Shown here in pieces: positions 15,380 through 28,079 of a DNA stretch of 64,000 bases; position 1 is the first letter of the stretch; every line of letters starts with the position of its first letter. Source of the DNA: the human T2T-CHM13v2.0 reference genome, Homo sapiens. The position numbers and the translations under genes are program-made. Under the pieces are notes generated by a model. It was given only the letters and a program-made list of their open reading frames with translations. It did not search any database and had not been told where the DNA came from. The DNA is taken from NCBI RefSeq assembly GCF_009914755.1, contig NC_060927.1; one strand, written 5' to 3'.

Positions 15380-15941
15380 GAGAGGGAACACAGGCAGACC
15401 CCCAGCAGACTCCATAAGTAGAAAAAGTGGAGTGCAAAAATATTAGGGCAGCTAGAGTTTGCAAGCAGAATATTAGAGAGGAGAGGGCTTCACAGAGAGG
15501 GAACGCTGGAAAGTTCTTTAGTCCTCCCCATGTATTCAGCAGAATACTAATGTAAGGAATTGTAAGGAAACTGTGAAGCCTAGGAAATAAACACCTAAAA
15601 GACGAAGGGGAATCAGTATGCAATATGCACACAGTCTGGGAATAGTACCTCTGTATACCTCACACTGGTCCTGCTTCTCTAGTCGAACACATACATACAT
15701 ATATAAAGAAACTTGTTACAGGGAATTGGCTTATGTGGTTATTAGAGTTGGTTAAGCAGCTTCTGTAAGGCTGTGTCTCTGCATCTGATATAGAGTCCAT
15801 AGGGAAAGCAGTCAGTAAGGGAATGTCAGGAAAAGACTATCACAAGCAAGCTGAAACCCTGTAATCGTGAGCTAGTACTCCATGAGGATAGACTGAAATC
15901 CATGTCTTTTCTTGTTGCCTCTGACCTTAGTGGAATGGTAA

Positions 15942-16258
15942 TTTTTTTTTTCTTTTTTCTTTTTTTTGTTTTTTTGAGACAGGCTCTGGTTCTGTCAACC
16001 AGGCTAGAGCACAGTGGCACTTATCTCGGCTCAGTGCAACCTCCACCTCCCAGACTCAAGACATCCTCCCACCTCAGCCTCCTGAGTAGCTGGGAATAGT
16101 GGCTCATGCCACCATGCCTGGATAATTTTTTGTATTTTTTATAGATCGGGGTTTCACCATGTTGCCCATCCTGGTATCAAACTCCTGAGCTCAAGTGGTC
16201 TGCCTGCCACAGCCTCCCAAAGTGCTGAGATTACAGGTGTGAGCCACCACGCCTGGCC
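15942..16258 (-). mobile_element. Alu (J/S)
   Basis: Full dimer. Confidence 0.92.
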
Positions 16259-16549
16259 AGGGCTCTTTTTTATGGAACTAAAAACACATACCTGGCTCAT
16301 GAGTAACGAAAAGGTGAAGAAAAATCCAGGGAAGATAGCGCAGTTGTAGGCTCAGACACTGGTCATGTCATTGAGGTAAGTCAGCTACAAAAGTGCTTCT
16401 TTCCTTCCGGTTTCCAAATCATGAAAGATTAGTTCTTGTGATCCACCCAATCTGTAAATACACAAGAAAGGAAAGTCTGTGAAATGTAGTTCAGCCTAGC
16501 CAAGTTTTTATATTATAAAGCCATCATATAGAGAGAGAAAAAAGAAAAA

Positions 16550-17480
16550 AAATAAGAGTATCAGTGAACTATGAACAACTTTAATTAGCCTTAAATATGT
16601 GCAACTGGAGTTTCCAAAGTAGAGGAGAGAAGAGTGGGACAGAAAAATTCTAAGGAATAATGGAGAAAAATTTTTAAAATTTGATGAAAATTATAACTGA
16701 GATCCTAGAAGCTTAATGACCCTTAAACACAGGAAACATAAAATCTCTACACCAAGGCACATAATAATCAAATTGCTCAAATTGTTCAAAACTAGTGATA
16801 AAGGCAAAAATCTTAAAAGCAGTCAGAGAAAAAAAAAATTTTACATACAAGGGACCAAAGATACAATGACAGCAGATTTCTCATTGTTTACAGACAATGT
16901 AAATAAGAAGACAGTGGAGCCACAACTTTAAAGTTCTGAGAGGAAAAAAAAAATAGGCCAGGCATGAATAGTGCAAGCCTGTAATCCTAACACTTTGGGA
17001 GTCCAACAGGGAAGGATCACTTGAGCCTGGAGTTTGAGAGCAGCCTGGGCAACCAACCTAGCAAGCCCCGTCTCTATTAGAAAACAACAACAACAATTGT
17101 CAACATAGAATCCTATACCCAACAAAACCAGTCTTTCAAAAATGAAGGTTAAATAAAAATATTTCAGACATGCAAAAACTTTAAGAATTCATCACCTTCA
17201 GACCCACACTACAAAAAATAACAAAGGAAGTTCTGCCAGCAGAAAGAAAATAACACCAGATAAAAAATATGGATCTACACAAAAAATGAAAAGCACTAGA
17301 AATGGTAACTTTTTGGGTAAATTTTTTCCTATTAAACCTCTTAAAAAGATAATTAACCATTTTAAACAAAATAAAAATGATGTAGTACAAAAGTAAAATG
17401 TATAACAACACAAAAGGCTGAGAGGAAAGAAGTAGATGTACATGTTTGTCAAGTTCTAATACTGTATGTAAAGTGGTACA
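16550..17480 (+). mobile_element. Old L1M ORF1-region fragment with an inserted Alu monomer (16956-17095)
   Basis: Degenerate ORF1 motifs (TPRHIIIKLLK, MTADFS); A-rich. Confidence 0.8.
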
Positions 17481-19279
17481 AAATATATGTACTAAACACA
17501 TCCTATGAACAGGCATTTTTGGGCCCTAGTTACAATGATGAAAACAATCTACCCCCTCTCCTTGAGGAATTTACCTCCTCCTGTACTCTCCCAAGAAGCT
17601 TAATCAGCTTTTACACTGAGCAGAAAAACTGCGGGGTAAGACCTCTTTTTAAAGTGACCTTCTTTTTAATGTTTCAGTTCTACGCTGGCAATGCATTATG
17701 GAGTAAATGACATAAGATGCAGCCACTATTTTAATGTTAAAGAAATATGTGCCTGTAGGTAAGATATATTGTTATATACTACCATTAAAGTTCATTCTAT
17801 GGTCACAAGAAAGGACTGAAGGTTCCACCTCCAGGTCAACTGAGATTACAATCAACATCTAACCAAAAGTCCCCAATTTCATTCACAATGAAGCTCTACA
17901 ATTAATAATACTCAAACACATTTTCTAAACTTATTTCAATAAGATTGAAATTACTCCCATTTAAACAGATGTGATTCTAAGAATGTCTATTTTTAGATGG
18001 GAGTTGCATAAGTTGCCAGAAATGGATCTGGCAATGTCAAGGTTATGTCTCACTGAAAAACAGACATAATTTAACCTTTGTGGGGGGAAATACGCTATCC
18101 TGCATCTACCCTGGAGCAGATGGATATGTAAGCATGGATGTAGGGAGAGAGTGGCAATGGGTGGGCCTTTTTGCTTCAAGCACCCCACCATGCACATACT
18201 TGTCCTTTCCTAAGGGGGTAATATATATAAATCTTGTGGCAGCAAAGGGGTTTTATTTCTGTTGTTTATTCTGTATCCACCTTTCCTGGACTATTCCAGT
18301 GTAATCAAGTTGCATAAATTGACTGACACCATTCCAAGAAAAATTTTATTGTAATGAACCAAAGTGACTAGGGCTGTAATGAGATTTCACAAGAGTACAG
18401 GATCACAGGAAATGAAAAGAGAAACACCATATATATTCTGTAGAAAAATGTATAATGTTCTAGCAACTGCCCCAACCTCACATCAGAATCAGTCACTTCC
18501 AAGCATTCTCATTGTACAACTCCTGGAAAAGGTTTTGAACAATAAACTTCATCTTCTGTGCCATACACTTTAGTAAGTGCTTGTGATACATTTTCTGATG
18601 CACTCATTACAAAATCCTATAAGGTATAAATTATGATGTCCTTTTCACAGAAGACTGAGGCTTAGAGAGGTAAAGTTTTCACAGCTACTAATGGCTAGAC
18701 AAGAATATGATGCCAGATCTCACTTTTAAGCCTAGACCCTTACATTCTATACAAAGCATAAATAAGCCATTGGATCCAAGTGTATTCAAATCATACATTG
18801 CACCATAAGCCACTACTGCCCCAGAAGTCCACAAGGAAGATAAATTCTCAAGTGTCAGTGGTGAAGGAAAGAAAATTACCATGATTGTAGGTCAAGCTTA
18901 TGACTGAAACCCCAATGCAGAGCTGTTAGGAAACCTGGGCTGGAACATAAAGCCAAAGATTGGAGGCCTCTAAAGCCAAATCCGTCCCCTAACCCCAACT
19001 TAACTCATAGAACCAGCTGGCTCTATGGGAGGTGGGAAACTGAAGAGATGAGAAAGCTCCAAGACACAGGAGATAAAAGGGAGAAAAGAAGGTGGTTAGG
19101 TCTGCCCCATTGAACTTCCAGGTATTTGAGAAAAGGGGATAAAAAGTGAGATGCATTTATGTACATGACCTGTCAACATACAACAGCCTTGTCCTCTAGT
19201 AAATATGTCCAATCGAATGTCCCAAGAGCTTACCCCTCTGATTAGCAACACTCCATCATGAAAGGAGAGTAAGCAGTTT

Positions 19280-19753
19280 TGGGGAGAGGTAATTCACCAT
19301 GGGCCCTGAGGGTGCCTCCATGTTCTTATTGGTTTGCCAAGAATGCAAGGCCCTGACCACATTTTACCTTGGCCTTTTCTCAGAGTTGTATTTGCAGGGA
19401 GCAGCCCTGAGGGATGAGGAAATATCGCCCCCCAAGACAAGCTTGTTACTGCTTACAATAAAAGCAACAGACTCCACAAGCACAGTGTTCCTCTCCTGTA
19501 ATACAACCCACTGCATGTGTAGGCATCAATCAAGACCCACCTGTGTTGGACTTGGGTCCAATCCATGGGTCTTAGATTTGTGGGCATAGGAAACCAGCAT
19601 TAACACTAAGCTCTGGCTACTGCTTTTGCCATGAGTAATAAAGGCCTATCTCTAACGCAAGAGTCTCAGTTTCAGTACCCATGAAACTGTGGCAAGCTAA
19701 CCTGTTAGCCTGCAAGTAGGATAAAAATCTCAGACCCTTCACAGTTCTTGACA
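19280..19753 (+). mobile_element. ERVL-class LTR (MER54/MER74-like)
   Basis: AATAAA ~19637; ends CAGACCCTTCACAGTTCTTGACA. Confidence 0.55.
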
Positions 19754-20476
19754 GCAGGAGGGTAGAATGAAAGGGAAGAAACTTGAATGCAATACTGTCC
19801 CTTCCTTGAGACTAGAAGTTATGTGGCATGGCCATGTATCCACATTCCCTCCTAATTAAGATCACCAGTGGGGAGTTACTATGTCAGGGAAATTTCCTCG
19901 TACTTATTGAGTTAGCTCCATTTAGTCTTCAACCTCGCAGGCGTTGAAATTTTCTTATTCTGATATGTTTTATAAATTACATGTTAGCTTGGTTTAACTC
20001 TTTAGATTCAAAAGCTCTCTGAAAATAAGAAAAACTATTGACTCTTTAACATGTGCATAATTTTTGTTTCTGTTCAATATTATACTCCGTGGATACTCCA
20101 CGTATAATGTGCTAATTGTCAGCATGTTAATCATCATCACTATTAACGTTTTTAACTAAGAGCCTACAAATACAGATCCCATTCACCCACCTTCCTTACT
20201 CTTTTCCCAGGAAAGTGGGAGAGTACAAAGCATATGATATTAGGAAACAGCCCTAGGTTATGACTTTCTCTTCTGTGGATCTTCTGATCCATTCTACAGA
20301 AACATTGACTCAATAATCATGTATTTTAGACACAGAGATAGCAACTAAATTGTTTTATTCATACCATGCACATTATTAACCACTTGACAACACAGTTGTG
20401 GCCAGGAAACGTAATTTTAAACTCTCAGCTACTTAACTCTCATTTAAAGTTGAGATGTGAGAAATACTAGTTATGA

Positions 20477-21008
<532 letters not shown>

Positions 21009-21274
21009 TATGTTCACATTTTCTTACGATTAGATATGCAAGATACAAAGGGCTTGTTTTAGGGTACACACTCAGGAGAAGAAAAGGCTGCCTGGCCTGC
21101 TTTTACATAGATGGCCTTAAGCCTTCATGCAGGCTATGTGGAAGTTCTCTTAGCCTCATGAAATCCAGCACAGTTCAGGAGATTTTACAGTTTGGAGGAA
21201 AAGCTTTGTAGTAATAACCAGAGTTATTTAAACTGGAATTTTCCTTCTACTTATCGTCTACCAACCAGTCTGGA

Positions 21275-21665
21275 GTCAGGTTTATCAGTTTGGGTTCTTT
21301 GAGGAGCAGACATCAAGATGGGATTCGATGTGCAAGAAATTTATTGGGGGAAATGCCTGTGAAGGACAGAAGGAAGAAAGGTTGAATTAGAAGAATCTTA
21401 GACTTCAGCACAAATCTAAGGAAGTTCAGCCAGGCCAATGGAGAGTCCTTGAGCCAGAGCTGCCTGTCAGAGAAGTTCCACATCTCCCAAGAACAGGCCT
21501 GCTGTAGCATCTTTGTTGTGCTCAGTCACTGGCTAGGAATGGCTGATGGGAAGTGTGGCCTCAACGGGATGCAATGCTGAATTCAGAGCATAGCAGCTGG
21601 GGCTATTCATCAGTTATGCCCACTAACGCAGGAAATCTGAATGGTGCATTATCACATCCACCACG
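21275..21665 (-). mobile_element. LTR16/LTR33-like ERVL LTR
   Basis: GGTTC..AGCAGAC..AAGATGGGATT..TGCAAGAAATTTATTGGGG signature. Confidence 0.55.
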
Positions 21666-22199
21666 GTAGGCAGCCTAAGGATGGATGAGGACCCAAGTTT
21701 CCAACCAGATAATACATCCTCATGACCAGCAGATATAAGAAACAGCTGCAAAAAACCCACCATTGCCTTCATTGTGGGCAAACTGCTAGGGATGCTTCCA
21801 CTACATCACAGTGCTCCCTTTATGAGGGCCCAAGAATAATACCTCCTGTGGCTCAGGGCCTGGCAAAGCTATTCCTCCTGCGCAACTGGTATGTTTTCAT
21901 CCTGTAGACAAGATTTTCTAGCTGATTTCTTCTTTGTCTTAACTATCAGAAAGTTAGAACCAGACTTGGGGTTCTACCTTCAGCTTTAGGTGCTTTTTAA
22001 TTATTATCTTCTATAATTCCTTTACTCAGCACAACTGTTCTCTGTGAGTGATCTAAAATGCTTTTCTGAATTAAGACAAGAAATAATTACCTTAACCTAG
22101 GCTGGTACCATTTAGAACTAAAAATGCTAGATTTTAAATGCTTCAGTTTATTCTTTTTATGATAACTTTACACACAGGCCAAATTCTTTCACTCTAAAC

Positions 22200-22420
22200 T
22201 AGTGCTATCTAGTAGAAATAGAGCATGAGCCACATGTAATTTTAAGTCTTTAGTAGCTACATTAAAAAGGTAAAACGAAATAGGTGAAATTAAGACAATT
22301 TAGTCTTTGGAAGCCTACTGTATATCTTCTACTTACATCACATCCCAATTTAAATCAGCTATACTGCAAGTACTCAATGGCCACATGTGGCTAGTGGTTT
22401 CTGTACTGGACACTGCAGGT
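22200..22420. mobile_element. hAT MITE (MER3/MER33-like)
   Basis: Inverted GCCACATGT / GCCACATGTGGCTAGTGG structure. Confidence 0.6.
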
Positions 22421-23205
22421 CTAAACACAAAGACTATGAATCATGAGAGTTAGAAGAGCCTTAAGAACCACAACTGTATCTAATCTGTATTCATATTGGC
22501 TTTGATTAAAGATTTCTGAGCTCCTGGGGGTTTCTTTTTTCTTTCTTTTTTTTTTTTTTTTCTCACTCCTGAAGGTTTCTGATGCAAACACTAAATCTAA
22601 GAAAAGTGAGTTCTCCTGACAGGGGTAATGACCATGAAACCCTAAGATTTCTGGAATTTTTCTTTTAATTTCTCTGTGTTTGTAGTTTTTTCTTCACTGG
22701 ATCACCTTTGGCTTCTTCTGAGAAATAAAGTAATATAAAATACTCATGTACATCTACTAAGAAAGAAAGGAAACAAATAGAGATGCATTATCTAGATTAC
22801 AAATTATTTAGAAATTAGAGTGTTAGAGTATTAACATAGGGCACAAAATTGAACTAATAAAATTACTTTAAAGCACACTTATTTAGATATTTTGATGCTC
22901 CTTGTTTTGGAGCCAGCTCTAAACTTTACACCTCAATTTGGGATACGAAGAGTGTTTTCCATTTGAACCAGAGCTGGAAGACCACAAATGTGGTTAGATT
23001 TCTGAGAGTTAAGAATTTGATTTTTTTTTCAGGCATTAACCTACAAAAGCCTTCATTTCCACACCTGGTGCATAGAGTAATGCTTACCTTATAAAATAGC
23101 TATGAAGATTAATAATGTTATATATAAGCTTTGTAACAGGCAAACAGTAAGTACTAAATAAATGGCACTTATCATCATTGTTAATTACAAAAGATTGTCA
23201 AATCC

Positions 23206-23691
23206 AGGTATTCTTAACCTGCGGTCTGCAGATCCTTGGCTCATGGATAAAACTGCAGGGGTGGAGATCCCTAAAATTGGATGGGGAAAGATTATATCTG
23301 CATTTTCATTAACCTCTAAGCAAAATTTACCATTTCTTTCCATTATGAATAAAGGCAACATCATAGTGATAGAAGGACCTGTCACTTCGCACCAACAGAA
23401 GTTACACATACTTTCATATTAAATTTCTGATGTTACGGACATCACAAAATATCTCTTACATTTATCAGCTTTTTGAAATTATAGTATTAGACCTAATCTT
23501 GCTATATCTTATTAGTGTATTAATAAAGAAATACACGTTATTAATGTATTTTTTAAATTTCAATATAATTGGTTTCCTTTGTAATCCTATGTACTTTGTG
23601 AACTTAAAACTTAACTTCTCATTATTCTGAGAAGGGATTCAGCAGCTTCACAGGATTGCCATGGCACACACAAAAAAGTTAAGAATCCCTA
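23206..23691. mobile_element. hAT-Charlie DNA transposon remnant
   Basis: TIR-like ends CAGGTATTCTTAACCT and AGTTAAGAATCCCT. Confidence 0.55.
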
Positions 23692-24009
23692 AATTTTAGT
23701 CTATCTCTTTGCTTCCAGAAAGCCAACCAAGTTTGACAATTGAACACACCTGCCTGAGTGAGCCAGTTCCCAAAGTCTCGGGTTTATTTTTCTGTGCGTG
23801 ACCTGATAGGAAGATATTACGGTCTGGTACATGACTCCATCAATTAACCTATTTGCTGAGCTCACCTTCAGCTTATACCTGGCATCTTTCCTGAATTCTC
23901 TGTTGGGCCTTCTGAGGCACACAAAATGAGCTGACAAGCTGATTTTCTGGTATCTTCTGTTCATACACACCTGGCCCCCACTCGATGCCAGGCCCAGGAT
24001 TAAACTGGG

Positions 24010-24184
24010 CAGTGATTCTCAAGCCTGATCCCAGACCAGCAGGCAGGATCAGCATCACCAAGGAGCTTATGAGAATTGCAGATTTTCAGGTCACACCCTA
24101 GACTTCCTGAAACAGAAACTCTGGGGTCTATCAGTGTTTTCTCAAGCCCTCCAGAGACACACGCTTTAGTCTGAGATCCACCGT
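24010..24184. mobile_element. MER5A-like MITE
   Basis: CAGTGATTCTCAA...CAGCATCACC..GAGCTT..TGCAGATT signature. Confidence 0.65.
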
Positions 24185-24370
24185 GCTAGGGAATCGGAGG
24201 TCCGTCCAATCCTGGAAAGAGAGGCTCCCATCTCCAGTATTGGTTGAGACTAACACCGCTCCTGCAACTGGGGTTGGAATTTCAATGCAGGTAGTTGCTG
24301 AGCGGGGGCCAATGAGTTGAAAGCCGGAGCAAGGGGACTCGTTTTGTTCCTGCACCCCGATTTTACTTAC

Positions 24371-24700
24371 ATTACCCGGGGCCTCGAGGGTGACTCATAG
24401 AGATTAGCCCTGAGCGTCGACCCCTCGGCGCCGCCACTGCACAGCGAGAGAAGGGGAGTCAAGAGAGACGCTTGAGTCCCTTGACTGTCCTCCCCTACGA
24501 GCTCTCTGGGAAGAGAGCCCCAGACCTGCGAACTCTGGGCCGCTCTGCGGCCGCTTGAACACTTCGCGGGTCTTCCGCCCCGCGCTAGAGGGCGCACTCC
24601 GTGACGGGAATTGCGGTCTCGGCCGCCCCCGGCCTCAGGCTTTCCGGGTTCTGCTGCCTCCAGAAAACTACAAGTCCCAGGATGCTCGGCGCGGGAGGGT
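24371..24700 (-). ncRNA. Candidate first exon of a divergent antisense lncRNA (EIF1B-AS1-like); 5' limit approximate
   Basis: Minus-strand consensus donor AAT|GTAAGT at 24365-24370 at the island edge. An antisense lncRNA at this promoter is recalled knowledge; exon bounds are inferred. Confidence 0.4.
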
Positions 24701-24989
24701 CACGTGGGAGGGGCCGCGGGCGCGGCTAAATAGTCTCCATCGGCCATTTTGTGCGAGAAGCCGCAGCGCCGCCTCTTCTCTCGCGCCCTCGCCTCTTCCT
24801 CCGCCTCCTCCTTCGCCTCTTCCTGCCTCCTCCCGGCTTCCGCCGCCGCCACTCCAGCCTAATCCCAACCCCAGGGCGAAGCGTTTTCTTATTTATTTCC
24901 GTTTTCTCGCCACTACAGCCTCCTGACAAGGTGATCCGGGCGGGCCCCGCAGGAATTTTATCCCCTCACCGGCCTCACACTAGTATCGC

Positions 24990-25020
24990 ATGTCCACTAT
25001 CCAGAACCTCCAATCTTTCG
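24990..25020 (+). CDS. EIF1B: EIF1B coding exon 1 (MSTIQNLQSF + first base of D)
   Basis: ATG at 24990, 31 nt, followed by donor G|GTAAGA. N-terminus MSTIQNLQSF matches eIF1B rather than eIF1 (MSAIQNLHSF). Confidence 0.97.
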
Positions 25021-25940
25021 GTAAGATCCCGTCGCCGCCGTCTCCCTCCCTTGCCCGGCGCGCATCTCGGCCTTTTGCCCGCCTGGCCACCGCCCCTAGG
25101 GGCCCCCTTTCTGCCCTTCCCGCACCCCTAGTGGGGCTTTGTCTCGGCGCCCAGAAAATGGCGACGGGGCCCCTGGCGACCCCTTCCCCGAGGACAGCGC
25201 CGGACTCCGAGCCCTCCTCTCGGAGCCCCGGCCGCGGGCCCTGCGCCACCCCCTGCCCCGTCCTTGACCCGGCTCTCGCCTCCGCTTCTGCCCCTTGAAA
25301 CCTTGGCGATCCTATTTCGTGGACTCCTAGATCGGCCCTGCTACTTGCAAAGGGTATGCCGGGCCAGGGAAACCAGGGATCGGCGCCCGTTCTCTGGCAG
25401 CTCCTGGGGGCACTTAGGGAAAGATGCGGATGCAAGCCTCTGATCTGTCACTGGCCAGTGGTTCAGTCTTCTCTGCTTGCGTAGCAATTTGTTAAATTAC
25501 GCCTCTTGATATATATGTAATCTACTTTTTTTTTTGGCAAGGCACAGTTACGGTTAAATGATTAAGGTGGGCGTATTCGAATGTTTATGTTTTCATCAGA
25601 ATGTAATCAAGATGACGCACATTTTTATAGCGGCTACAATATTAAGGTTTTCTAAATCTTTTTCTCATTAGAGGACCATATTCAACGATAATATTATTTA
25701 TCTATAACAGCGTTTTTCTACAATGGACATAGCTGTTCAAATGTTTCTCTTTTTGTGAGAGTATCTTGGGGGTTTTATTAATACTCCACCCCCATCTCCA
25801 TTCCTACCGGCAAAAACAGCAAAGGCACTAGAACCTTCATTGATGACTGTCTGGATTGGTAGTATAATGTATTTCTGGAAAGTACTTCTTAAAAAATATT
25901 TTTCTACTTTGGATTTTTTTTTTTTTTTATCCATTCGCAG

Positions 25941-26104
25941 ACCCCTTTGCTGATGCAACTAAGGGTGACGACTTACTCCCGGCAGGGACTGAGGATTACA
26001 TTCATATAAGAATCCAGCAACGGAACGGCAGAAAGACACTGACTACTGTTCAGGGCATTGCAGATGATTATGACAAAAAGAAACTTGTGAAAGCTTTCAA
26101 AAAG
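25941..26104 (+). CDS. EIF1B: EIF1B coding exon 2 (DPFADATKGDDLLPAGTEDYIHIRIQQRNGRKTLTTVQGIADDYDKKKLVKAFKK)
   Basis: Poly-T tract + CGCAG acceptor, 164 nt, AAG|GTAAAG donor. Phase is compatible with exon 1; SUI1 motif IHIRIQQRNGRK is present. Confidence 0.98.
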
Positions 26105-26517
26105 GTAAAGGGATTAGGAAGAAAGGATTAGAGTTACTGATGCACACCTCTGAACTGGATTATGATTCACACCTTTATATCGGCGTGGATGAAAATGACT
26201 AGAGCAAGAAAGTTGTTCTCATTTTTGTAATTAACATGTAAATATTTAGTTATTCTCCCAGTGTGGTCTCTCATTTTAAAAGAAGATTCGCGTTGCTTTT
26301 AAATAAATTTAAATGTGAAATATTTAGTTCTTGATGTTACACATAAAATCATTTCCTGGTTTACAAATTAATTTGGAAGGATTGTGGATTATAGGAGACA
26401 AAATCTGTTTCTCTAAATATGATCTAGCTTACTGAAATGGTTAATTCTGTTCATACGGTGAAATAAAACCTCATAGTAGTTGACTAAATTTTGTTGTATA
26501 TTTATGCACTTTTCCAG

Positions 26518-26619
26518 AAATTTGCCTGTAATGGTACTGTGATTGAACATCCTGAATACGGAGAGGTTATTCAGCTTCAAGGTGACCAAAGAAAAAACAT
26601 CTGCCAGTTTCTCTTGGAG
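26518..26619 (+). CDS. EIF1B: EIF1B coding exon 3 (KFACNGTVIEHPEYGEVIQLQGDQRKNICQFLLE)
   Basis: TTTCCAG acceptor, 102 nt, GAG|GTGAGT donor; SUI1 signature VIQLQGDQR. Confidence 0.98.
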
Positions 26620-27015
26620 GTGAGTGATTGGGTGCTTTATGTGTAACCTTGAGATTGCTTTTAAAATTGTATTTAAAGGCAACATGATTTGTTTTCTACT
26701 AAGTAAAAAATCATACGAATGAAGGAAATTAGGTGAAATAAAGACATGGTAGTTATTTGGAAAGCAAAGACCTTTATCTGGTTTATTTTGTCATTAGAGT
26801 ATTCTGATCATTTCTGTATATACACACACAGGCTATTTCTTGGCATGTAAAGTATTCAAATACGTGTTGAATTGTTGGCTATCAGCAGTGCATGCCACAG
26901 ACAACAGTGTTGCAGTAAGCTGTTGATAGTGATTCTTTTTAATTACTCTTCCATGTTTTCTTAATGAATTTTTATATTTCTCAGTTATTTTGCTAAATTA
27001 GATTTTATTTTACAG

Positions 27016-27060
27016 GTTGGCATTGTAAAGGAGGAACAGCTTAAGGTTCATGGATTCTAA
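27016..27060 (+). CDS. EIF1B: EIF1B coding exon 4 (VGIVKEEQLKVHGF*)
   Basis: TTTTACAG acceptor; ends KVHGF-TAA. The spliced CDS totals 113 aa. Confidence 0.98.
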   Translation, partial: VGIVKEEQLKVHGF

Positions 27061-27340
27061 AATGAACCTAAATACGTGGAGAATTTCTTGAATAGTTTTG
27101 TTCTCTAAACCCGGTTTGGCTGCCTTGTGAAATGATTCCCTGCAGTAAACGGACTTTTCATTTATTTAATCATTCAAACTTCCATTCACATCTGCATGAT
27201 TACAGAAAACATGGGGTATGTAGACTAGTAACACATAAGAAAATTGCAGTAAGATGGTAACAAAACCTCATATTGTCTTTACATGTTTCCAATGGAAAAT
27301 GTTTTGAGTGTTTATTGTTCAGTTTATTACGTTTCACTTG

Positions 27341-27395
27341 ATTAAATTTTTTTTGTTGTTGTATTAAACCATGTACGTTGCAGCTTAACAATAAA
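27341..27395 (+). terminator. EIF1B polyadenylation signals (ATTAAA 27341, ATTAAA 27363, AATAAA 27390)
   Basis: Hexamers ~280-330 nt after the stop codon, with nearby TGTA motifs and downstream T/GT-rich sequence. Confidence 0.75.
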
Positions 27396-28079
27396 AAAAA
27401 AATCTATGAATCTTTGTGAGCAATTATGCTCCCAAATCTAAGCAAGTAAAATACACATTTTGTCTTTCTTAATTGGAGTTCTCTCATTCTGCATATATTC
27501 CTTCTGATTAGCTTCAGCTGTTACACCCAGCGCTTAGAGGAGAACCTTATATCCAGTGCTAGAGAACCTTTGTTATTTGTAGCTTGTGTTTTTCATCTAC
27601 TGATTTAAGAATAGAAGCAGGAGTAGAAATTCAGCCAGAGCCACTAGTCATGGCAAAGCAAGTAAAAGTTGTCAAAGAATTTATCAGATTGTAGTATTAA
27701 ATGTTGTTAAAGAGTATGAAGTTTAACAGTATTAGAACATAGAGTTCTTTTCTGTGTTCTTATCAGTTGTTACTGAGTTGCCAACATAAGTCTATCCCTA
27801 AGTACCAGATACTGTAATAGTCTTGTGACATAAAGCATATTTAGTCACAGGCACTTCCCTGCAAGTGTAGGTTGATGGTATCACTGCCTTACAGATGGAA
27901 AACACTGGGCCTCAGGTTAATTTCCCAAGAGTGCTAGAAAGTGACAGGGTGTCAGCCCAGAGATTCCAGCCAGGAAATTTCTTTTACTACATCATGATTT
28001 TGGTATGTGTTTCACCAAAGTGAACCAGAGCCACAGATGACAATGACCAGGGGTGATAGTGGTGTAAGAAATAACCACC

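Larger units (their letters stand above)
24300..25430. promoter_or_regulatory. CpG island / EIF1B promoter, 5'UTR and start of intron 1
   Basis: Abrupt GC- and CpG-rich block. Motifs: ZNF143/THAP11 ACTACAAGTCCCAGGATGC (24667-24685), E-box GTCACGTG (24699-24706), YY1 CGGCCATTTT (24741-24750) and AAAATGGCG (25155-25163), ETS-like TTCCGG (24642-24647). Confidence 0.92.

Noticed and set aside
24990-25298. 102-aa ORF from the EIF1B ATG
   Set aside because: Read-through into GC-rich intron 1; the real CDS splices at 25020.
24367-25435. Several Pro/Arg/Gly-rich ORFs on both strands
   Set aside because: Expected stop-codon scarcity in a CpG island; no recognisable domain.
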